Under the pieces are notes generated by a model. It was not told the DNA's origin. It worked only from the letters and a program-made list of their open reading frames with translations, and did no database searches. From assembly GCA_964500725.1 (NCBI GenBank), contig CAZCNP010000001.1:257520-321519 (forward strand): a DNA stretch of 64,000 nucleotides. Reading direction: 5' to 3'. Made by a program: the position numbers and the translations under genes. Every line of letters starts with the position of its first letter. The first letter of the stretch is position 1. This DNA is from an uncultured Gammaproteobacteria bacterium (GTDB lineage: Bacteria > Patescibacteriota > Microgenomatia > Daviesbacterales > UBA10151). Positions 29,391 to 36,600 of this stretch are shown piece by piece.

Positions 29391-31385
29391 ATGTTAGATA
29401 AAATTATCTCCTATTCCTTCTATGCTCTTTTTTTTCTAACTCCTCTTGTTTGGTCTTCTTCAAATTACGAGCTTTTTGAATATAACAAGATGATTTTAAC
29501 TTATGGTTTTACCATAATTATTGTTGGGGCATGGATATTAAAATCAATAAACGATAAACGATTAACGATAAAACGCACACCTTTAGATATCTCCCTTCTG
29601 TTGTTTTTAGGTGCTAATATTTTTTCAACAATATTTTCTATAGATCCTCACACCTCTATTTGGGGTTATTATTCCAGGTCTAACGGAGGCCTCTTATCTC
29701 TTATCTCTTATCTCTTGCTTTATTGGGCTTTTGTTTCTAATATAGATTTATCAAAGATTAAATACCTTTTCTGGGCAGCTTTTGCATCAGGCTTTTTGAT
29801 TTCTTTATGGGCAATTGCAGAACATTTTGGAGTTTCTTTTTCTTGTGTAATTTTAAGAGGAGAATTTAATGCCAATTGCTGGATTCAAGATGTCCAAGCC
29901 AGAGTCTTTGCCACCTTAGGCCAGCCCAATTGGCTGGCAGCATATCTTGCCATGTTAATCTTCCCTGCTCTGTATTTCTTTCTAACTGCCACCAAAAAAT
30001 TATTGTACATTGTACATTTTACATTGTTAATTACCCTCTACCTTGCCTTCACCTTCACCTACTCCCGTGGTCCTACACTGGGATTGGTTGGAGGATTGGT
30101 GGTATTTTTATTAGCCGTAACTTTGAACAAAATTAAACCAATTTTTATAGTCTTAATAAGTTTTATAGTTATCAATCTTCTTTTTGGATCTGCCTTAACT
30201 TCTTTTAGACTAGTTTCCAAATTTGCTGCTCCTGCAAGGCCAGGCATCACCCTCCCTGCAGCTGCTCCCTCATCTGGAACCCAATTGGAAAATGGAGGCA
30301 CTGAATCAGGACAAATTAGATTTATTGTTTGGAAAGGAGCCTTAGATATTTTTAAAAATAACCTTTTATTTGGTTCTGGAGTGGAAACCTTTGCTTACTC
30401 TTACTATCAATACCGTCCTGCCTCCCATAATTTAACTTCTGAATGGGATTTTTTGTATAACAAAGCCCACAATGAATACTTGAATTATTTAGCAACCACT
30501 GGTTTAGTAGGATTTACAACTTACATGTTGATAATTGGAACATTTATATTTTGGAGTATTAAATATTATATACAGAGCACTGGGGGTAAAGACAAAAAAA
30601 ATGCTGACGCTTTAATACTTGCTGTTAGCATTCTGGGCTCATATATTAGCTATCTTATTTATAACTTCTTCCTCTTTTCTGTAGTCATTATTGCTGTTTT
30701 CTTCTACCTATTTCCAGCAATTGCTTTTGTTGCTACTAACTCCCTTAAGCCTCTTAAATGGCCTACAATTTTACATTTCATCTATCGCCGCCCATTTTAT
30801 ACTAAAATTGCCAAAGGCTTTGTTGTCTTTTTAACAGTTTATTTTCTCTACTCTTTAGCTCAAATTTGGTATGCAGATACTTTATTTGCCAGAGGCCAAA
30901 GATATTCTGATGCTGGCAATCCAGGCAGAGCATATAATCTGTTACAAACAGCTGCTTTTCTAAATCCTTCTGAACCATTTTACAGATCAGAGTTGGCTCT
31001 TTCTGCAGCTCAAGCTGCAGTATCTTTAGAGGACACTGATACTACTTTGTCTGCTGAGTTAAAAAATGAGGCTCAAAACTTAACTGATCAAGTTTTAGAA
31101 AAAAGCCCAAAAAATGTCTCATTTTTAAGAACAGCAATTAGAACATATTTCGAGCTTTCTACCATTGATAAAACCTACACAGATAAAACTTTACAAGTTT
31201 TGGATAAAGCTATTTCTCTTACTCCCACAGATCCTAAGCTTTACTACAACAAAGCTTTGATATTGGGCGCTGAAGGTAAAAAAGAAGAAGAAATTAAAGC
31301 TCTCGAGCAAACTGTCAAGTTAAAACCAAATTATTTAGAAGCCTTGGCCCAATTAAAAGAAGCAACTGCCTCAGCCAAACCATGA
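29391..31385 (+). CDS. O-antigen ligase-like membrane protein with C-terminal TPRs
   Basis: Many TMs, RVFATLGQPNWLA, TYSRG, GSGVETF, KAHNEYL, TPR-like tail. Start re-assigned to ATG 29391. Confidence 0.9.
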   Translation: MLDKIISYSFYALFFLTPLVWSSSNYELFEYNKMILTYGFTIIIVGAWILKSINDKRLTIKRTPLDISLLLFLGANIFSTIFSIDPHTSIWGYYSRSNGGLLSLISYLLLYWAFVSNIDLSKIKYLFWAAFASGFLISLWAIAEHFGVSFSCVILRGEFNANCWIQDVQARVFATLGQPNWLAAYLAMLIFPALYFFLTATKKLLYIVHFTLLITLYLAFTFTYSRGPTLGLVGGLVVFLLAVTLNKIKPIFIVLISFIVINLLFGSALTSFRLVSKFAAPARPGITLPAAAPSSGTQLENGGTESGQIRFIVWKGALDIFKNNLLFGSGVETFAYSYYQYRPASHNLTSEWDFLYNKAHNEYLNYLATTGLVGFTTYMLIIGTFIFWSIKYYIQSTGGKDKKNADALILAVSILGSYISYLIYNFFLFSVVIIAVFFYLFPAIAFVATNSLKPLKWPTILHFIYRRPFYTKIAKGFVVFLTVYFLYSLAQIWYADTLFARGQRYSDAGNPGRAYNLLQTAAFLNPSEPFYRSELALSAAQAAVSLEDTDTTLSAELKNEAQNLTDQVLEKSPKNVSFLRTAIRTYFELSTIDKTYTDKTLQVLDKAISLTPTDPKLYYNKALILGAEGKKEEEIKALEQTVKLKPNYLEALAQLKEATASAKP

Positions 31386-31642
31386 AGTCTATAAAAGTAG
31401 CAATTGCGCAAACAAAATTTAAAAATAGGCCTAAAAATATTTCTCAAGAATTTCAAATGTATGGAGTCTATTTAGCAGAAAGCTTGCAAGACACCAAACA
31501 CTATTCTCTTTATATAAAACTTGCAAAAGAGGTAGATAGAAAGCTATTAGAGGAAGCCTTAAACTTTACCAAAGGTTATTACAGCGCTAAATCCAAAGCC
31601 AAAATCTTTATGTGGAGACTCAAAGAACTTAGAAAAACCTAA
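31382..31642 (+). CDS. Small hypothetical protein
   Basis: ATGA overlap with the upstream stop; 86 aa. Confidence 0.75.
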   Translation: MKSIKVAIAQTKFKNRPKNISQEFQMYGVYLAESLQDTKHYSLYIKLAKEVDRKLLEEALNFTKGYYSAKSKAKIFMWRLKELRKT

Positions 31643-31664
31643 CCTTTCTGGTACAATAACCCTC

Positions 31665-32180
31665 ATGGAAGTGGTTAAAGCACCTGACCCTAGACTTAGG
31701 GTCCAAACTAAACCTGTTAAAAAAATAAACAACGGCTTGGTCCAAATTACCAAAGATATGGTAAAACTAACCAAAACCTTCAAAGACCCTCAAGGAGTAG
31801 GTTTGGCTTCTACCCAGGTAGGGCTTGATGGAGCCTTTTTTGTGGCTAAAAATGGGGAAAAATTTATATCTGTTGTAAACCCTAAAATTTTATCCACAGG
31901 CAAAAGAACTAAAAAATATTTTGAAGGATGCTTGTCTGTGCCTAATATGTGGGGGGAGGTTAGCAGGTATTTACAGATTAAAGTTTCTTATCAAGACTTA
32001 ACAGGAAAAACCATCACCAAATCTATCAAAGGAGTTTTAGCCTGGATTTTTCAACACGAGATAGATCATCTAAATGGGGTGTTATTTTCAGATAAGGTTT
32101 TGCAGCAACAAGGCAAGTTCTATAAATTTACTGGCAAAGATAAAACAGGCACAGATACATTCCAAGAGGTGACAATATAA
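31665..32180 (+). CDS. def: Peptide deformylase
   Basis: GVGLASTQVG, EGCLS, QHEIDHLNG. Confidence 0.97.
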   Translation: MEVVKAPDPRLRVQTKPVKKINNGLVQITKDMVKLTKTFKDPQGVGLASTQVGLDGAFFVAKNGEKFISVVNPKILSTGKRTKKYFEGCLSVPNMWGEVSRYLQIKVSYQDLTGKTITKSIKGVLAWIFQHEIDHLNGVLFSDKVLQQQGKFYKFTGKDKTGTDTFQEVTI

Positions 32181-32896
32181 ACTCAAAGTTTAAAATAATT
32201 TTTCTGGGAACACCTGATTTTGTTAAACCAATAAGGGATGTTCTTGATAAACATTTTACTTTGGTAGACTCCCTACCCGAAGCTGATCTGGCAGTAGTTG
32301 CAGCTTATGGCAAGATTCTTACTACAGAGGAGCTAAATACCCCAAAATATGGTTGTATCAATATTCACCCCTCATTACTACCAAAATATAGAGGCCCCTC
32401 ACCCATTCAGTCAACCATTTTAAATGGAGATAAATTTTCTGGTATTTCTATTATTAAAATGGATAAGGAAGTGGATCATGGTCCAATAATTTATCAGGAG
32501 CAATTAGAGCTTTCTAGTAGTGATACTTTTGATACTTTGAGTAAAAAAATGTTTCTTAAATCTGCAGAGGTTTTACCTAAAATAATTACTGAGTTTATAG
32601 AAGGAAAAATTAAACCAGAACCTCAAAACCACCAATTAGCTACTTATTGCAATCAATTAACCAGAGAGAGTGGTTATTTTGATATCAATAAACCCCCATC
32701 TACTGAAATTTTAGATAGAATGATTAGGGCTTACTTCCCTTGGCCAGGGGTCTGGTGTAAATGGAAAATGGATAATGGACAATTGAAAATTGTTAAGTTT
32801 CTACCAGGCAAGAAGATTCAAATGGAAGGTAAGAAAGTAATGCCTTTAAAAGATTTTGCAAACGGATATCCTAATTTTCCTCTGAAAAGTATTTAA
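32177..32896 (+). CDS. fmt: Methionyl-tRNA formyltransferase (compact), probably starting at ATA
   Basis: KIIFLGTPDF is in frame upstream of the track start. Also VVAAYG, NIHPSLLPKYRGPSPI, MDKEVDHG, IRAYFPWPG. Follows def. Confidence 0.9.
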   Translation: MNSKFKIIFLGTPDFVKPIRDVLDKHFTLVDSLPEADLAVVAAYGKILTTEELNTPKYGCINIHPSLLPKYRGPSPIQSTILNGDKFSGISIIKMDKEVDHGPIIYQEQLELSSSDTFDTLSKKMFLKSAEVLPKIITEFIEGKIKPEPQNHQLATYCNQLTRESGYFDINKPPSTEILDRMIRAYFPWPGVWCKWKMDNGQLKIVKFLPGKKIQMEGKKVMPLKDFANGYPNFPLKSI

Positions 32897-33147
32897 GCAG
32901 AAGCTGCTTGTGTAGTTTGTTCGGATTCAACTTTAGCAACCTTCTGAACCTGTACGGCTTTTTTGACTATTCTTAAACATTTAGTGCAATACTTCCCACC
33001 TTTAAAAATATGAAGGTTTGGTTTTTGGACTCTTTTATGAATTGGAGCACGTAAAGCCCAGGTTCCTCCAGCTCCAGATGAACCTTTCTTGTGCCTAGAA
33101 TAATTAACTATATTTTTACCTTTACCGCATCTTGAACAAGCTAACAT
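32893..33147 (-). CDS. rpmB: 50S ribosomal protein L28 (CPR-type)
   Basis: CSRCGKG...SRH...KRVQKPNLH...CTKCLR; start ATG 33147. Confidence 0.85.
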   Translation of the reverse strand: MLACSRCGKGKNIVNYSRHKKGSSGAGGTWALRAPIHKRVQKPNLHIFKGGKYCTKCLRIVKKAVQVQKVAKVESEQTTQAASA

Positions 33148-33164
33148 GTGGTAAACTATATCAC
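33148..33164. promoter_or_regulatory. Bidirectional overlapping extended -10 promoter (leaderless rpmB and M50 genes)
   Basis: GTGGTAAACTATATCAC has TGnTAAACT on + and TGnTATAGT on -, each hexamer 7 nt from an ATG. Confidence 0.7.
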
Positions 33165-33800
33165 ATGCCTGAATTTTTTGCACTATCTATCATTATCCTG
33201 CTTTTTTCTGTAATTATTCATGAGGTGATGCATGGGTATGTGGCTTTAAAATTTGGTGATACCACTGCCCAAAGAGCTGGCAGGCTAACTTTAAACCCTA
33301 TTCCCCATATTGACCTCTTTGGAACCATTCTACTCCCTGCTCTGCTGATTTTTACTGGCTCGCCAATACTGTTTGGCTGGGCTAAACCTGTCCCTGTTAA
33401 CCCTTTAAACTTTTCTAATTTAAGAAAAGGAGAACTATTAGTAGCTGCAGCGGGAATTTTAGCCAATTTTAGTTTGGCTATTTTAGCAGCTTTAATTTTT
33501 CATCTGCTTAATGCCCTGCCTCAAACTTTTCCAAGCTTAGTAGGTTCACTTCTTCGTTTTACAGTTTTAATTAATCTGGTCTTAGGAATCTTCAATCTTT
33601 TTCCTATACCTCCTTTGGATGGATCAAAAGTATTACTTTCTCAGCTTCCATTAAATCTTGCCAGATCTTATCAAAAGATAGAACCATATGGAATTTTAAT
33701 TTTGCTGGTTTTGATAATGGTCCCTTTTGGCAGGTCTTCATTTCTTCAAACAATTTTGGGCTTTTTGGTTGGGCTTTTCTCTGGAATACTAGGCTTTTAA
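33165..33800 (+). CDS. Site-2 protease (M50 family)
   Basis: HEVMH, RLTLNP, GWAKPVP, FNLFPIPPLDG; start ATG 33165. Confidence 0.93.
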   Translation: MPEFFALSIIILLFSVIIHEVMHGYVALKFGDTTAQRAGRLTLNPIPHIDLFGTILLPALLIFTGSPILFGWAKPVPVNPLNFSNLRKGELLVAAAGILANFSLAILAALIFHLLNALPQTFPSLVGSLLRFTVLINLVLGIFNLFPIPPLDGSKVLLSQLPLNLARSYQKIEPYGILILLVLIMVPFGRSSFLQTILGFLVGLFSGILGF

Positions 33801-34967
33801 CCCCTTAATACGAACAACCGCAAATAGGATAAAAAAGATCAGAAGGGCAGAAATTGTAAATGGCGCATGGAACCCAAATCTGGAAAATAACCATCCTCCA
33901 AGTATTGGTCCAATAATTCTGCCTGAAGACTCAAAAGCGCTAGCTATCCCCATTGTAGTTCCTTGTCCTTCTCTTGTAGTCTTAGAAATAAGGGTTTGAA
34001 TTGTTGGCCTGGTTATAGCTGATCCAAAACTAAAGATTACCATTATTAAAGCCATAATAGTAAAAATAGAAGAAAATGGCAGTAATGCCAAGCTTAACAT
34101 CATTAAACTTAGTCCAACAAAAGCAGTTTTAAACTCACCAAGCTTTACAGCAATTTTATCAAGCAGAAACCACTGAGTTGTTCCTGCAGCAATACCTTGT
34201 ACAGAAAATATTATTCCAATTAAGGCAACTGATACTCCCAAAATCTCTGTCCCAAAAAGCGGAATCGTCACCTGATTATTAGATAATGCATAAGACCATA
34301 TAAAGATAAGAATAAAAAGTGATCCTAATTCGCCTTTTAACCCTTGGTACATGGCTTTTAAATTAATAAACCCTTCCTTAATCACCAATTTTTCCTCTGT
34401 TTCTTTTAAAGACTCCTTAAGCAAGAGAGCAACCAGAATAGTATTGATAATAGTTAAGATTGAAGCTAAAAAGAAGGGAAGTTGATGTGAAATAGAAGAT
34501 AAAAAACCCCCAATGGCAGGTCCAAAAATAAAGCCAGTTGCCAAAGACGCGCCCAACCTGCTCATACCTTTGATCCTTTCTTCTTTGGTTGTAACATCAG
34601 CCACATAAGCTGAGGCAGCAGTTAATGCTCCTGAGGCAAAAACACCCTGTAAAAACCTGGAGATAAAAAGCCAGGTTAAGTTATTGGCTATAGCAAAAGC
34701 AGCAAAAGCTATACTAATACCCAAAAGTGATAACAAAATAATAGGTTTTCTGCCAAACCTATCAGATAGTCTTCCCCATAAAGGAGCAAAAAGGAATTCT
34801 CCTACTGCAAAGCATGCTGCCATAAACCCTACTACAGTTTCTGATGCTTGAAATTCCCTGGCATATATAGGCAGCAGAGGAAAAATCATTCCAAAACCTA
34901 CAATATTTATAAAAATTGCCAGATAAATGAAAAAAAGCGGTGATTTTTTCTGAATATTTTCCATCAA
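33789..34967 (-). CDS. MFS transporter, TetA/DHA1-like
   Basis: WGRLSDRFGRKP motif A, GFIFGPAIGG motif C, about 12 TMs. Confidence 0.93.
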   Translation of the reverse strand: MMENIQKKSPLFFIYLAIFINIVGFGMIFPLLPIYAREFQASETVVGFMAACFAVGEFLFAPLWGRLSDRFGRKPIILLSLLGISIAFAAFAIANNLTWLFISRFLQGVFASGALTAASAYVADVTTKEERIKGMSRLGASLATGFIFGPAIGGFLSSISHQLPFFLASILTIINTILVALLLKESLKETEEKLVIKEGFINLKAMYQGLKGELGSLFILIFIWSYALSNNQVTIPLFGTEILGVSVALIGIIFSVQGIAAGTTQWFLLDKIAVKLGEFKTAFVGLSLMMLSLALLPFSSIFTIMALIMVIFSFGSAITRPTIQTLISKTTREGQGTTMGIASAFESSGRIIGPILGGWLFSRFGFHAPFTISALLIFFILFAVVRIKGLKA

Positions 34968-35089
34968 AATTGCACCCTCAAATGGTGCTATCTAAATATA
35001 TCATATTTTTCCCTTAAAATGTCATCCTGAGCAGAGGGCATTCGTTCCTCAATTACTAACGTAATTGTAAGAATTTAGCCTCAAGGGTC

Positions 35090-35119
35090 TTGACAAAAGG
35101 AGGCTTTTATGGTTAAGAT
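35090..35119 (+). promoter_or_regulatory. Sigma70-type promoter upstream of the 6S-like RNA
   Basis: TTGACA-N18-TAAGAT. Confidence 0.6.
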
Positions 35120-35173
35120 AGAAATATCCTTTAAGACATTGTAGATGGCCTAAAGGACTTAGGCTCTGCCTAA

Positions 35174-35330
35174 TCCCTACTTAGCACGTTTAAAGCCAAT
35201 ATATTTTTCTTCACTGATTTGTTACTTTACGGGAGTCTGGAGTGTGTTATAAAGCAACTGCCTAAACACCAGGACACCCACCTTAGGTTTTCCTGAGGAA
35301 AAACATTGGCTAAACGACTTTAAGTAGGGA
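35174..35330 (+). ncRNA. ssrS: 6S RNA-like long hairpin with central bubble
   Basis: Stems TCCCTACTTA/TAAGTAGGGA, CGTTTA/TAAACG, AGCCAAT/ATTGGCT and TTTTTCTTCA/TGAGGAAAAA. Then an unpaired bubble, and an inner stem GGGAGTCTGG...CCAGGACACCCACCT with the GGGAG/CACCCACCU signature of many 6S RNAs. Confidence 0.7.
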
Positions 35331-35447
35331 GAAATTATTCTGTTTTTCAGTGTAATTTCTGGAAACCGCTTACCATTATGTGGCGGTTCTTCCAGTTATC
35401 CCAACCTTCTGTTTAATTCCCACTAATTTTGGTAAAATATACATTGT

Positions 35448-35521
35448 GCCGGTGTAGCATAAATGGATTATGCAGTGCTTTTGTAAAGCACAGACTATCG
35501 GATCATACCCGATCACCGGCT
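35448..35521 (+). tRNA. tRNA-Thr(TGT)
   Basis: Acceptor GCCGGTG/CACCGGC, D stem GCAT/ATGC, anticodon arm GTGCT-TTTGTAA-AGCAC, T arm ATCGG-ATCATAC-CCGAT with an atypical loop. Confidence 0.88.
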
Positions 35522-35576
35522 CATAATAATTTATATGCCTCTTGACTTTCGGTTTTAGTTTGGGTAATCTGAATAT

Positions 35577-36407
35577 ATGCGCCACTCATTCTACGATGAT
35601 CCTCTTTACAAGAAACAACAAGCTGAAATCACACGTAAATACTGGCAACTTGGTAAATTTGATTTCAAAAGAAAATCTGAAAATAGAATTTGTCAGAATC
35701 CGCAGTGCTCTCGCCCATTTACAACAAAACCACATGAGAAGAAAAAATATTGCAGTCATGCATGCGCTACTTCATTCAGTAATAAAGAAAGAACCACTTC
35801 GTTGTCTTCCGAGAAGCTAAGCAAATTATATGCTTCTGGCCAATCAATAACCGATATCGCTAAACATTTATGTATTTCCAGCAATAAAGTTGTTTACTGG
35901 ATGAATAAGTATAGAATACAAAGACGCTCTATCAGTGATGCTGTGTATTTGAAAAACCACCCAAACGGAGATCCTTTTTCGTTTAGAACTCCTTCTTCTC
36001 TAGCAGAGTCAATGCTGTTGGGATTAGGATTAGGTCTTTACTGGGGAGAAAGCAATAAGCTCAATAAAACATCAATAAGACTAGGCAACACCGATCCGGA
36101 TCTCATGAATTATTTCATCAAATTTATGATAGATATTTGCGGGGTTAAGAAGCAAGATTTAAAATTTGGTTTACAAATATTTACTGATATAGATACCCAA
36201 ACAGCAATGAATTACTGGATGGAAGAACTTGATATCAAAAAAGAGCAATTTTACAAACCTATTATCACAAAATCGAATTCTTTAGGTACCTATAGAAAAA
36301 AGAGTAAATATGGAGTTATAATGTTAAACTACCATAATAGAAAATTAAGAGATCTATTAGTAGGAATGCTGCCGACATGGCTCAGTGGTAGAGCACGTTC
36401 TTGGTAA
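35577..36407 (+). CDS. LAGLIDADG-like homing endonuclease-related protein with Zn-binding motif and HTH
   Basis: CQNPQC...YCSHAC, HTH SITDIAKHL..SSNKVVYWM, LGLGLGLYWGES helix, RLGNTDPDL..FIKF. The 3' end overlaps the tRNA-Thr(GGT) 5' exon. Confidence 0.65.
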   Translation: MRHSFYDDPLYKKQQAEITRKYWQLGKFDFKRKSENRICQNPQCSRPFTTKPHEKKKYCSHACATSFSNKERTTSLSSEKLSKLYASGQSITDIAKHLCISSNKVVYWMNKYRIQRRSISDAVYLKNHPNGDPFSFRTPSSLAESMLLGLGLGLYWGESNKLNKTSIRLGNTDPDLMNYFIKFMIDICGVKKQDLKFGLQIFTDIDTQTAMNYWMEELDIKKEQFYKPIITKSNSLGTYRKKSKYGVIMLNYHNRKLRDLLVGMLPTWLSGRARSW

Positions 36408-36600
36408 TTGCTCAAATTGCCCACTTAAGGAGTAATCCTTAAGTGAATTCTGAATAACGGTTAAAGATCATCTTACAAGAGATTGAGACCGTGGCGTTAT
36501 ATACGCCCGAACGACTGACAAGGAGATCCCTTAGGGGATTAAGATACAGTCTAGCCAAAAGCGAAGAACGGGGTCGCGGGTTCAATTCCCGCTGTCGGCT
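36371..36600 (+). tRNA. tRNA-Thr(GGT), intron-containing (exons 36371-36405 and 36564-36600)
   Basis: Joined exons read GCCGACATGGCTCAGTGGTAGAGCACGTTCTTGGT^AAGAACGGGGTCGCGGGTTCAATTCCCGCTGTCGGCT, a canonical cloverleaf with anticodon arm CGTTC-TTGGTAA-GAACG. Confidence 0.93.
36406..36563 (+). ncRNA. Group I intron (158 nt) in tRNA-Thr(GGT)
   Basis: Exon ends in U and intron ends in G. P2 CACTTAAGGA-GTAA-TCCTTAAGTG, P4 ACGGTT/GACCGT, P6 GGCGT/ACGCC, P7 GACTG/CAGTC with J8/7 AAGATACAGTC, P8 GATCCC/GGGATT. Confidence 0.88.

Noticed and set aside
35021-35070. GTCATCCTGAGC REP-like start
   Set aside because: Single partial copy with no complementary arm or second instance noticed in the window.
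35174-35330. SRP RNA or a simple terminator as the identity of the long hairpin
   Set aside because: No GNRA-capped SRP helix-8 motif and too long for a terminator; the central bubble fits 6S better.
35376-35820. ORFs 35376-35585 (-) and 35542-35820 (+)
   Set aside because: They overlap tRNA-Thr(TGT) or the longer 35577 ORF and have no motifs.
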